A program made the translations under genes and the position numbers. The notes beneath the pieces are model-generated. The model ran no database searches. It was not told the origin of the DNA and saw nothing but the letters and a program-made list of their open reading frames with translations. From Takakia lepidozioides (lineage: Eukaryota; Plantae; Bryophyta), in assembly GCA_030704615.1 (NCBI GenBank), contig CM060731.1, positions 50,406,001 through 50,470,000 on the forward strand: 64,000 bases of DNA, in the 5' to 3' direction. Below are positions 34,886-47,882 of this stretch, piece after piece. Positions within the stretch are counted from its first letter, which is position 1. Each line of letters opens with the position of its first letter.

Positions 34886-37272
34886 GGCCACAAGGCTACG
34901 GCAAACAACGTCTCTCTCTCTCTCGACACGGGGTCAATGGCAAGAAGGCTACGGCAAACAAGGTCTTATGAGTACATTCGCTCTCTCTCTCTCTGTCCCT
35001 CACACAGACACAAATACAAAGCAAACGGAACATTTAGTAGCAGCACCAGACATTACTTAAGGGCAAGGAAAAGATGGGCACCTGATAGAGCGCATGGCTC
35101 AGTTCCTGGCGAGCTGTATGCAACTGCTGCTCCAGAGCATAGTTGGACAACACAACTGCATCCCATTCCTGCGTTCCCACCATGTTTCATATGACATTAT
35201 CATTTATTCAGAACTCGCACAACATAAGCCACACCACAATCCAAGCTTAGCCCATCAAGGAAAGGTCCCCCCTACAATTCTCCAATAGCCCAGTCTTTCC
35301 TCATATGTGATACGGTATGAATAACTGAATAATTGCTACCAGATTTCATTGGATCATTGTCACCAACTCAGAATATGCCTCATCAATTATTAAGCCAAGC
35401 TCACCTCACCTAAGCCATGAGATTTTCTTAGAGGTTTCCATTGCGTCATTTCACACTTGCATTGATTGATGTTCAATACTTTGCTCACTATGGCATCTTC
35501 ATAACTGAAAGTTTAATATAATGGGAACTAGAAATTAGTCATGCTCTGCAGTTCAAGATGATGCAGATCAGAATCCAGTACTCAGTAAAGAGGAACATGA
35601 GAATGGAAAGGGAGACAATCATGGGCTGAAGTGGTTATGGTAAAAAGTTGCACCTGTGTGGGCAAAGCACGAAAAAAAGGTGGGAGTGTAATGGATACTC
35701 TTGAAGCAAATCTTCCTAAATGACTGATCTGGTGGGGACCAGGGTAGGAATGGTCTTAGAACTTAATCCATGCAGCTCAGCCCTTCGAATCTTGTGTTAG
35801 GGGATACTTCAGGACTACGAGGTGCTTGTGTGTATGCAAAGAAGACAGATAAAATAAGCTCACATTTTGGAAAAGGCCAAGCATGCCTGGGATGCTTGCT
35901 GCCTGCAAGGGTCTGGGCTTCACTGCCTGCCATCCATCAGAGCACAACCCTAACACTCGGGTTAACATAATCACAAACTAGACAAATAAAGCAGAAACAC
36001 TGGAAGAGCAAGGGCAATGCCTAGATCCCTTGCACCTTGCAAAATATTCAACCAACTGAAACTGGTTTGATTCTCAACCAAGAATCAATTGGCACAGGAC
36101 TACAGGTTGCAAGTGCCCCTCCCTTTGAGGTAATTAATTTGCAAAAAATATAAGTGGCAGCTTGCATACAGTTTAGAGAAACTCTTCATTCCCAATCGAA
36201 ACTCAGAAGGAATCCAGAATTTGAATCAGGATTCAATAGCCAGCACCTTATTAGTCTTCACCGGAATGAGATCATCCAAAGACAGAGAGTCTCCTGTAAC
36301 GGGACATGTTCCATTATCCTGCCTCACAAACAACATCATCCTGCAAATGTCAATCACTGCATATAAGAATGCAGACAATTACATACACACTCTCACTCAT
36401 ACAGAGAAGGCTTACTTGTTTGTAGACAGCACAAACTTTCCTGAGAAAGTCTTTCACTATTAGAACATGCCAAAGGAAGCCCCGAGAGACAGGCAGGGCG
36501 TGATTAAGAGCTTTCTTGAGCTCCATTTCAGAGCCTTTAAAAACACATTCTCATACGCAAAGACAGAAGGCAGTGGCGGAGGGAGGCAAGAGAGACGAGA
36601 TGTACTGAAAGTGTAATGTTGCCAACTCTACAGATGCAGTAACCTGGACGACATAGGCCCCTTGGGCTGAACCCCTTTTACAGCCCTCCGCGTCCCATTC
36701 CCAGATTATAGTTTTTCTCTGGCTAGTGGCAGCCACGAATGCCGCGAATGGAGCTGCTATACAGCACACCCATCTGGTAAAGGAGGGGCGATTACAAGGG
36801 GGAAACTGATAGATATTATAGTACCGCAAGATGCTTTTCAATGAGCCGCCGCTCAAAGAGCAACCCGGACCGACGAGACACCACTGGTTCTTCGGGTGTC
36901 ACCCCTGATACTGCAGCCACCTCCCACAAATCACATGAAAAGCTGCATTGCGCTAGGAAAAGGCACGTTCCATTCTCCTCAAGGTAAGCGCACCTACTTG
37001 CATTCGTAGAACTTCAAAAAGCTACGACCACGCTCAACTACGAACCAAAAATCAGCTTGAGAAATGTTCTACTGACGAAAAACAACTAACAATCAGTCAC
37101 TTCAACCAATTTTGTGTCGAGAATCCATTGCCAGGAGGCAACCCCAAAACTCTTGGAACGCAGAATGCATGCATTCTTATTACGCGTGAATGAGCTCTAA
37201 CAGCCATAATATCCAACCACCATGTCTCTAAGTCTCTCAAATGAAAGGTAGAAACGTACTGGCACAGAACAT
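30607..37272 (-). CDS. PRP19: Pre-mRNA-processing factor 19 (PRP19/MAC3), U-box, coiled-coil and WD40; 18 coding exons
   Basis: Approximate exons: 37272-37260, 36910-36825, 36318-36247, 35926-35864, 35168-35082, 34783-34633, 34354-34230, 33777-33661, 33491-33396, 33186-33127, 32884-32810, 32682-32578, 32266-32150, 31988-31911, 31694-31598, 31425-31373, 30983-30913, 30716-30607. They translate to [88 protein letters not shown], with GT-AG borders. Confidence 0.95.
34830..34882. repeat. (CT)n microsatellite in a PRP19 intron
   Basis: Direct reading. Confidence 0.95.
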
Positions 37273-37368
37273 GGCGTCTGCTGCTTAAGTCGAGGCCTCC
37301 ACCTTGTTGACCAAGAGATAAAAGAGCGTGTGCAGCAGGGGACAGACGGGAGGGAAAGAGACAAGAAG

Positions 37369-37380
37369 GTTTAGGGTTTA
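37369..37380 (-). promoter_or_regulatory. Telo-box (AAACCCTA) upstream of the PRP19 start codon
   Basis: ggtttagggttta on + equals TAAACCCTAAACC on minus, about 100 bp 5' of the ATG. Confidence 0.45.
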
Positions 37381-37539
37381 AAGCGCGCGGACAGCAAAGA
37401 GAGCGAGCAACGCTGGGAAGACGACGAGTTTTCCCGACGGAAGTATTTACCGTCAACGATTCCTTGGTTATTTAAATATTGAGTGAACAATTTTATTTTT
37501 TTTGTTTTTGTTTTTGGTTAACAGGGGGATTAGTGCCTA

Positions 37540-38400
37540 TTTTTTATTTTTTAGGAACAGGGGATCATGGCCCTGTGAGAAACTTTATTAGAATTATTGA
37601 AGGGAAAATAATTAAAACCTTGAGTGGCACTAGGCCGCCATAAGGCCAAACACACAATTTAAATCTCCCGAAGAACAATGACTAGTGACAGAGGTAGACA
37701 AGGAACGCATGATCCCAGAAGACACAGAGGGTTAGGTCCCTGACTAAGAACAATTGCCCCTAGAGAGACGTCTAGGTAATATGTGCACCAGACTATGAAG
37801 CATCTAGTCTGAAAGACTCGGGGGCATTTAGAGCTCCGATTTTAAACTGCAGGAACCATGGCCTGCAAACTAAGAATACCCCTGATACGAACATCTATCT
37901 AAGGAAGGAGAGCTTGGTCTTCGTGGTGGCCCTCACGTGTTTCCAGTTGATATCTGACTTGTCAAACTCAGGGGAAGCGGAAGAGGAGTGAGCTCAAAGA
38001 AGATTTTAGTGAGAACAGTTGTAGCAGTAGAGTTCAGTCTCTCCATCGCCCAGGTACTCCTAGCTTTCCATAGTTGCCATAGCGTGGCCCCCCTAAGGGT
38101 TTCAAATACTGGGCAAGAGCAGGCTATCGATTTCGATCCTTTATTGTAGTTGAGGAGAAGTTCCACCCCGCTGCGAGGGAGTGTTCCCCATTAATTAGTA
38201 TTATTGTGCCAAACAATTTGGTGGTAGATTTAGAAAAGGTATCTTACAAGCCTCTGCCCCTTTTTTTTCTTTTTATCTTTTTTTAACGAAAGGGGAGGAA
38301 GCCCAAAGCGTTATTTGAAGTATTGAAGGGAAAAACATTAAAACCCTTATAGGCCTGGAGGCTGCCATAAGGCTGAGCACACGCATGAGCCCCCTTTCTT
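37540..38400 (-). mobile_element. Two LINE 3'-end remnants with poly(A) tails
   Basis: ETLRGATLWQLWKARS in ORF 37933-38166 is typical of L1 ORF2 C-termini. Related tails (tattgaagggaaaa..ccataaggc) at about 37595 and 38320 each follow a T-run. Confidence 0.55.
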
Positions 38401-39615
38401 TGCAAGGGGAACAAAATAGGGCTGACCACTTCCCAAGAGCAGATAGAGTATTTAGACTACTGGCACCATTGACATGTCATTGGGTCCATAGCTCACAAAG
38501 TGATCCCTTTTTCAGGTTTTTTGCAGATTCGCTAAGCTTGGTTGTAAAAATTGTAACATGGTTGTCAGGCCATCTCTTCACTACTTAATTCACATCACTT
38601 TGTTTGTTCACGGATGGATGTAGAGAGAGGCTTATGATCAGTGCATGACAAAAGGTTATCAAATATGTTCCCGATTGAAGTGATGAACCCAAGGCAATGG
38701 GAAGGCCAAAGCCAAAGACAAACAGACATTTTCCAGCCATGAACAGTGATCAATGGATCTTTAATATGACATGGATACTTACTGCTCAGTCACTTTGGTA
38801 TGTCCAATGATACAAAGAACCCAAAACTATACTAGTTTTTGGGCCAACAATAAATGAGGATGGTTGGTTATGCCTTGGTATGTAAGCTGACCAAAAAATA
38901 CAGACTTCATGACATGGCATGTCATGAATGGCACTTTTTAGCATGCTGAACAATGGCTTCCTACTATGAACAATGGTAATCGAGTCTCTAATTTTTCCCA
39001 CCCCCCCCACCCAGAGACTTCATTGACTTTGAAGTCTGGGATTTGTCATAAAGCTGACTTGTGAATGAAGAATGGTTGATAATGCCTTGTTATGAGGCTG
39101 ATTTGTCGTTAATTTTACAATGACCTTGTCAAGTCTTTGTCCATGTCTCGACAAGACATAAGTATCTTCCCTCTCTGATTTAGACCAGTGTACTTGGTGG
39201 TTCTTGTACACATTATCAACCAATCTCCCTTCTGTGTTTGATTTACTAACACCTTGGTCTGAGCAGTTTTTCGTTCTACAGAGAAAATGAATCTTTTTTT
39301 TTCATGAATTTTTCTGTTAGAGTGGCGCCAACATGGGGTTTATAGGTTTATAACATGGATCAAAATTGTCAATGCCTCAAAATTAGATATATCGTTTTAT
39401 TTTCCTTCTCATGAGAATTGGGCCAACAATTGAATGTAGGCATTTATAACATAGATACGGGAGTATCACCACAATGGCTCAAACATGATTTTAACAATGA
39501 AAAGAACATCAAAATTAATGGCACCGGGGGAGGAGGCTCTTATTTACGCTAACTCTGGTTGGTGTCATATATATATATGGAACACCGGACCACACAATAC
39601 CCTCATGGTTGCGAC

Positions 39616-39810
39616 CAGTGTTGTACTGGTATCATATTTTTTTAATACCAGAGGGGTAATGGTATCAGATTATACTAAAAATCAATTGGCTGATCTGGTA
39701 TATATAATGGTATTGGAATATAAGTTTGACTGGTATGTTATGCAATTTTATTTTATTTTGTGATACCAGCCCAATATATGCCAGGGTCTGGTATCACCTT
39801 TATCAGGTAT
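39616..39810. mobile_element. Truncated hAT-like MITE end
   Basis: Starts CAGTGTTGTACTGGTAT, identical to the TIR at 43424, preceded by GTTGCGAC. No second TIR found. Confidence 0.55.
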
Positions 39811-40861
39811 TATTATTATTATTAAATACATTAAAATTTATAACCTCAATTAATTGAGGTTGCAACAAAAAATTCTCTTGTCACATTCCCCACCATACAC
39901 CACAAACCCAGACTTACCTAAGTTTGCATTCTATCTCCTCAACAATGGTACGGGCTTGGAATCACAAACTCTTATACCAGGTTGGTCTTGTTTCACCTAG
40001 GTTTGTTACAAACACATACTGGGGGCAACAAGGGTATTGAGACATGTTGCCCCAGCTCATACCCACCTACTACGGTATTCGAGACCACTCCACATGCCCT
40101 ACTATATACCCGCCTTAACCCTATATACCATGAGTACAACATTGGTTGCTACCGTATGCATGCGTTAACCACCCATGCCTCTGTCTGGCAAGATTATGTC
40201 CAAGGACTCCCCATCTCGTCGGCAGCACCAACAAGACTCCCCTCCCTCACTATTCATATCATTGATCACGACCAATTATGTTTAAACATGAAAAATACAA
40301 ACCCCTAGTTCTAGCCCTTCGTCAATATGGATGGAACAATGCCCCTCTGAAGTCATCACCCGTGGTGTCAGAGGGGAGCTCACTGTCGCAAACAGTCTAA
40401 TCCTAAAAAAAAACCTTAAACTACCTCACAAATATTCCAACCCCCTATTACGAACATTACAGTTCACGGCCATCACTTCACTAACAGTCATTATCCTCAA
40501 CAAAAGAAAAATTGAAAGTAGTCAGCTTGCCGCTTAGTACTTGGTTCTAGTTACCATAAAGCCCACCCCCAAAAGGGGGCAGTACCCACATAAGGAAGAG
40601 GCTCTTATTTACGCTAGCTAATTCACCTGGCGTCATATATGCATATATATGATATATAATGATTGTGCAGAAGAAAATGACTTTGTTTGCAATAATGATG
40701 ATGCGGCAAATAGTATGCTTTAGGATGAACATGGCTTTCTCGATTACAACTTACAACAACAACAACACAAGACCTCAACTGAACATAGACTTCTCAACCA
40801 TTCTATACATAGTGTCCAGAAGTTCAAAAGATCTGTAGGCTCAGAACCATACCTGCTCCCG

Positions 40862-41409
40862 GGTGAGTGCAGGCTAAGGTGACTCAGTTTGGACGTCACA
40901 CTGCAGTTTTTCAGTGAGTGCTCTTCATATTATTCGTAACCGTGTGCAAATAAGTTTATCTTCATCAATAATAAGATTGAATGTTGTTAGCCACCTACTA
41001 TATTTGTTGGTATGAATATCTTGCGAGATGGATGAATATTCATGGAGCTATGGACTTTTGAGGACTTGCATTCTAGGTTGTCACACTCCCAAATTGTCCA
41101 CAATTGGACTCTCAAACACTAACTTGCACTTAGTCATTTTATATATGGACTCCAGATCTACATTGGCATTGAGGAATGAGAGACATAGATGAATTTGTAG
41201 ACAATTTCTTAGTTTGCTATAGATTTTTATATACCCCAAAAAAAACCCAAAATTTCAAAAGTCCATGGTGTTTCAAAATTTTCATATTTGGGTAGAAGTA
41301 TTTAATGACAACATAAAGATTGTCATATCTCCAAGTTCTTATAATTATGGGACATTTTACTGAAAATGTTAGGCATATCAATATCTATCGATGTAAAAAA
41401 AAATTGATC

Positions 41410-41458
<49 letters not shown>

Positions 41459-41517
41459 TGTGGACTTTCATGGAGGTCTGATCTGTCGTTTTTGAGCCAC
41501 CTTAGCCTGCACTCGCC
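40862..41517. mobile_element. MITE with ~25-bp terminal inverted repeats and an internal (TA)n tract
   Basis: GGTGAGTGCAGGCTAAGGTGACTCA versus TGAGCCACCTTAGCCTGCACTCGCC (2 mismatches). Confidence 0.8.
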
Positions 41518-41895
41518 TTCCCTCCCTCTCTCTCCCTCTATCTTTTAGTCCTTCTGTATTACTCAGTCGCTCCACCTTCTCATAATGTGCTAGTCTCTAT
41601 TTCTTCTCTCATCCCAGATCCCCTAACCAAGAACTGTTCCCCTACTCCAAACATTTTCTCCTAAATTGTAGACAATTGAGTTCTGAATTAGATTAATCAA
41701 ATCTAGTTAACTATATGGATTCGTCCTCGGGGAAAGCATCCAAACAACCCAAAGAAAAGCTATGTCACAATTATATTCCAATCTATATAGTAACAACCTA
41801 ATTATCATCTATTATTCATTTCTAACTCTGCTATTTTGATTCCAATCCCAAAATTTCTGTTCTACCCTCGAATATATCTCTAACTAAATCGTTCT

Positions 41896-42745
41896 GCAAT
41901 CAAAGTTGCCGGCGCGTTGGTGACCCCAAAAGGCATCACCAAAAATTCGTAGAAGCCATACCTTGTCCTGCAAGCTGTCTTTTCCTCATATCCTTCCGCT
42001 ATCCGGATCTGGTGGTAACCCGAGCGTAAATCGATCCGGCTAAAATACTTTGCTCCTGCCAACCGATCGAAGAGGTCGTCAATCCTTGGCAAAAGGTATC
42101 GGTTTTTTATAGTCACCTTATTTAGAGCCCTGTAATCGACACACATCCGCAGCGTCCCATCCTTCTTATCTACGAACGGGGCTCCGTAAGGTGACTTGTC
42201 GGATGTACCCCTTTGCCATTAGATCCTTGAGCTGGGCCTTCACCTCGACCAACTCTCTGTGGCTCAACCGGTAGGGCGCCTTGGCAAGCGGCTCCGATCC
42301 CGGCATCACCTCTATCTTGTGGTCAACTCCTCTTCGTGGTGGCAAGCCGCTTGGTAAATCCTCCGGCATCACATCCTGGTATTTCTTCAGGATCCCCTTG
42401 ATCCAATCTGGGCTCGGCTCCCTATCGACTTCTCCTACCACTTGTCTCACGTAAAGCAAAAAACTGGGGCTCGTGTGGCTCCTCCACGACCCACTCCTTT
42501 GCTGTCAACAGGTTTATTCGCCCTCCCACTCGGTTGGGCGTTTCCGACACCCGTAAAACTTCGCCACCATTCCCACACGGTAGCGTGACTATTCTCTTGC
42601 GGCCATCTATGACCGCTCCGGATTTGCTCAAAAAGGTCATCCCCAAAATGAGATCCACCCATCGATCTCGCAAATGGTGAAGTTCTCACGTCTCTTCCAA
42701 CTCCCCAGCTGAAGAGGAACATCGAACGTCACCCTCGTCGCTCGA
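41896..42745 (-). mobile_element. Isolated Ty3/gypsy protease-RT fragment
   Basis: [61 protein letters not shown]. No LTRs; both ends abrupt. Confidence 0.88.
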
Positions 42746-43423
42746 CATTCTCAATATTCTTTATCTACTTTCTAAAATATCTTATTATCGATGCCACATC
42801 ACCAAACAGTTTTTAAAAGCTTTATTGATTGAATCTATTCTATAATCCATCATAGAGATTCACAAACTCCATCTTCCTAAAAGAATTCTCTCTTTCGATT
42901 GAAAATATAATTAATTCAATCAAATTACAGAGCCTTATCTCCGGAGGTCTTTGAACCATCTTTCACCTTGAACATCCAAAGTCTCTATCTCTAAATTGAC
43001 AAAACAATCAACTAGCATCTGTCTGCTAGGGCCTCAGCACTCTCGCTCGAATGACAATCTACTTCTGTTCCACTTCTACTTTATACCATAATTGTTGTAA
43101 CTACCACTGCTGGGCGGTTCTTTAAAAAAATTGATAACCCAAGGTTCTGGTTATATACTTTATTTATTTTTTAATAACCTGCGATTTTGGCTATTGAAAA
43201 TTTTACAGATTCTAATAACCTGCTAGTTATAAATAACGGATTTTTCACCCCTTGCCAGTTATCAATAAATCTGGTTATTTCTGGGATGATAACTGGCGGT
43301 TGTATATCCCGTTGTCAATTGCCGATAACTAGGATAAAAACCATTGATCACATTTAATTTGATAAATATTATATACACAAAGTGATAATCTAATTATTTT
43401 AACAGGACAGGGCGCGTGGAAAC

Positions 43424-44239
43424 CAGTGTTGTACTGGTATATGTATTTTTTAATACCAGACTGGTCCTGGTATGAAGGATCCCACCCCTTATTCAGACCA
43501 GGCTGTTTATGAGTATAAATGTTTAAATTTGTGTATCATCTGGTATTGTATAAATATGGTATGAGTGCTTGTGAAATGGGTTGTATATGGATATGATACT
43601 GGTATTGCAGTTTTTGAAATTCATATTGGGGGTACATGAACACTGGTATGGTATAATATACGTTGACACATATACACTGGTATGGTACTTGTTGGTACAA
43701 AATATCAATAGCTACTGATATGCTCATGTCCACAACACTCTATTAGATTCTTATCCAGCTTGCCCCTTTCAATTTTCCTTCAGCAGTTCTTTGGTTTTGT
43801 TTCTTGTTCTGTATCCCATGGGCCCCTTGGGCTTTACAAGGTCCTTTTCTTTTGTGGTTCACTCTACCATGTCCCATATAGCTCTCCTAGCTCTCTATTG
43901 ATATTATGAAGCTTGTTCCCATAGCCACCCTCTCTTTCACAAAATAGCCCTCTTGTGGTCATATGGTACAATGAAGCAAAAGCACATCTCTTGCTTTTAC
44001 TCTTACCTAGCTCCACCCGCTGCCTTCAACCCTGAGTACTGGTATGGTACACAGTATCGGCAACGGGCAATAACTAGGCTGATATGGTATGGAGGCTGTG
44101 AACCCTAACTGCATACCCACCCAGTATGTATCTCGTCTAGGTATTTAGGTTCTTCCATACCAGTCGGGTATGTTCTCTCATACCATTACTCATACCCGTA
44201 CTATATACCCTGGTGCTGCTGTATACTGGTACAACACTG
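43424..44239. mobile_element. hAT-like MITE
   Basis: TIR CAGTGTTGTAC..GTACAACACTG; 8-bp TSD GTGGAAAC/GTAGAAAC. Confidence 0.85.
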
Positions 44240-44494
44240 GTAGAAACACTTTTAAGGCTTGCTGTGGCCCACGCTCTACATGACCCGCATTTAAGACCTG
44301 CGTCTGCCCACTCCTTGCTTGATACCCCACTCCCTAAAATAAATGTAACTAATATATGTATATACCCATAACCGACATTTTTATTTCTCTTATCCCCTTA
44401 TCGGGTTCTCTATCCGGTTATTTATCATCATATAACCTGCGGTTATCAATGTAGCCTGGTTATAAAAAACCACATAACTACATGTTATCCGTAT

Positions 44495-45126
44495 TGTCAC
44501 GGACATGGTCTAGAGGAACTTACCAGGAGTAAATACCAGAAGTTACCAAGTTACCATGTTACCGGAAGTTACTATGATTTATCGTAATTTACCATGATCT
44601 ACCATGATTTACCATTATTTACCAAGTTACTGGGAGTTTACCAAATTACCAAGAATAACTTGGGAAACTGCTCAGGAAGCTTCATTTGGAGGAAACTTCT
44701 CCATCAAGATACCTCATTTGTTTAAGGAAGCTTCTCCATCAAGAAACATTTGTTTAATCTTGGAAACTTCTCCAGCAAACAACCTCCATAGGGGAAGTTT
44801 CTTAGGGAAGCTTCTTAATAGCCAGTATATATAAGAGGCGAGACTGGACACTCTTCAGTCTCGCCAACACCAGTTCAAGCTACTCTTGTTTCCAGTTCCC
44901 AGTACCCTAGCCCAGTTTCCAGTATCCGGTACTCCAGTCTAGTTTCCAGCATTCCAGTATTCAAGTCGTGTTCCAATATCTTGTACTCTTGTTCATTGTT
45001 ATAAAGATCGTCTTGATTTCTATTTACTCATCGTGCATTCGGCCACGCCGATCTTGACTACTTGTCTAGCCTTGTACCTCTAGTCTTATCTCTTGTTTGT
45101 GTTCAGTCATGTTCTCGTCCTTTACA
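44495..45126 (+). repeat. 5' LTR
   Basis: tgtcacggac..tttaca; highly similar to 50372-51004. Confidence 0.93.
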
Positions 45127-47810
45127 GTTTAGCGAGACTAAAGTTTGTTCCTTAGTTAGTTAAGATGGAAGACACATTTGCGGAAATGATCGTCATATTG
45201 CAGAGTCTTCAGCTCCAGATGCAAGAACTTCGTACCTCTACTGCCCAACTACAAGCTGATCCGTCTCAAGACCTTGGCAATGCTCTCAACAATTTGCAAC
45301 AACAAATTTCAGAGTTGAAGGAGTCGAACAATGGATCTTCAACCTTACGAGTCCCTACTACAACAAATCCTACTGCAACGGTTCTTCCAAATATTCAACA
45401 GATTACAAGGGAACCAAAGGTCAGCATGCCCGAGAAATTTGATGGGACGAGATCAAGATTTCGCGGTTTTGTTCAACAAGTACGATTGTTCCTACGACTA
45501 CATCCACAACGCTACTCTGATGAAGGTATTCAAGTGGGATTTGTGGGCACCCTTCTATCAGGCACTGCCTTATCTTGGTTTGCACCGCTATTAGAGAAAA
45601 ATTCGCATTTACTATACAATTTTGAAGCGTTCATGTCTGAGTTCACTGCAACGTTCGGAGAGAATGATAGAGAGAGAGTTGCAGAGACAAAGATGCGAAA
45701 TCTTCGACAAGGAGCACGTCCAGCTTCCGTTTATGCTGCCGAATTTTGACAACTTGCGTGCGACCTTGATTGGAATGAGAAGAGCATCATTAGACAGTTT
45801 CGATGTGGCCTAAAAGATGATGTTAAAGATTCGTTGCTGACAATGCCAAACGTGACTACACTGAGCGAATTCATTACCCAAGTCATTGCATGCGATAATC
45901 GTTTGTTCGAAAGACGTCAAGAGAAGCGATCTGGATGGACGACGACACACCATGCCGCTGCTACTACGGCACCAAATACAACGATCCATCAGACATCCGG
46001 TAATGATCATATGCAGATTGATGCTGTCTGATTCAAGCCATTGATGCCACATAAAAAACAAAGATGGCGCTCGAATGGATTGTGCCTTTATTGCGGAGAA
46101 AATGATCACATGACATTAAACTGCCCCAACAAGAAAAGATTCAAAGCTCGGGGCACCACTCAAGTGTTCGATACGAGGAGGTCGGAAAACAAAGATGTTC
46201 AGTCACAGTAGGGACCATGCGGCTGGACACCTCAAATTCCTCACAAAAAAAATGTCTCTTTCTATCTCCAGACCCTGTATCTTGTTTCACAGTTCCAGTA
46301 AAGATCAGGATGCAAAATCGAGATATCTCCGTAGAAGCACTTTTGGACTCGGGCACTTCAGCGTGTTTTATTGACAAAGACTTTGCGAAGAACACAATTT
46401 AACGCTCGTAAGAAGAAATTCTCGACCCCTGTTGAAGTTATCGATGGACGACCGTTAGCATCAGGAAATGTTGACCATGAAACTCGACCCCTTGAAGTGA
46501 AGCTTAAAAATCAAGCATCACAGATTGTTTTCAATGTCATCCAGTCTCCAACGAATCTTGTGATCCTTGGACTTTCCTGGTTTGTACTTCATAATCCTGA
46601 CATCGACTGGCAATCACGAAAAATTTCGGCAAGACAAAAATGCAAAAGTACCAAAGGTATTCAACCCCTGTTTATTGGAGCTAGAGCCTTTATGAGAGCT
46701 ACAAAAAAGGAGGCGACATTTGCACTTTATGCGACTCCGATCAAGACCATAACAGACAAAGGTACTTCAACATTACCCGCTCAATATCAAGATTTCAAAG
46801 ATGTCTTCGAGAAGAAAATTGCAGACATATTGCCAGAACATCGACCTTATAACTGTGCAATTGAGTTACAAGAAGGAGCCCAATCACCATTCGGCCCAAT
46901 CTATAACTTATCCCAGACGGAGTTGGCTGCATTACGCGAATACATTGATGAAAATTTGTCAAAATACTTCATCCGACATTCAAAATCACCCGCGGGGGCG
47001 CCTATCTTGTTTGTGAAATAGAAGGACGGATCATTACGCATGTGTGTCGACTATCACGGTCTCAACAAAGTCACAATCAAGAATCGTTATCCATTGTCGC
47101 TGATTTCTGGGCTTCTCGACCAACTGGGACGAGCGAAGATTTTCACCAAAATCGACTTGAGAGGAGCTTATAACCTTGTACGGATAAAAGAAGGAGACGA
47201 ATGGAAAACAACTTTTCGAACAAGGTATGGACATTTTGAATACAGTGTTATGCATTTTGGTCTTACAAATGCTCCAGCAATTTTCTAACATATGATGAAT
47301 GATATCTTTCGAGAATTTTTAGATGACTTTGTAATCATCTATTTGGACGACATTTAGATATTTTCACAGAACGAAGAAGAACATGGCCGCCATGTACGCC
47401 TTGTCTTTGATAAATTAAGAGAAAGAGGACTATATGCCAAATTGGATAAATGTCTTTTCCATCAATCTGAGGTCGAATTTTTGGGCTACATTATTTCCGA
47501 CAAAGGCGTCAGAAAAAAAAAAAAAAAACCATCATCGAGTGGATTAATCCAACTTCGGTCCGAGATGTACAATGTTTTCTGGGTTTTGCAAATTTCTATA
47601 GAATCTTTATCAATGACTACTTCAAAATTGCTGCACCATTGACACGACTCACAGGGAAGGACAAATTTGTATGAGACGAGAAGGCTGACCAGACATTTGA
47701 AAGGCTGAAACATGCATTTACAACGGCTCCAATACTCGTACATGCAGACCCATCTAAACCATTCTTCTTAGAAGCAGATGCATCGGACTTTGCACTTGGC
47801 GCGGTACTTT

Positions 47811-47882
47811 GTTGCTTGTATAATGGACATGTACGCAGCTTCTGTTGATGACAATGCTGTTGCAACTTGTCGTTTGCTAGAC
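47811..47882 (-). mobile_element. About 70-bp Ty1/copia RNase H fragment inserted antisense in the gypsy RNase H
   Basis: Minus strand [20 protein letters not shown] (copia WxSKKQxxVAxSSxEAEY) interrupts gypsy GAVL..QYG. Confidence 0.8.
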
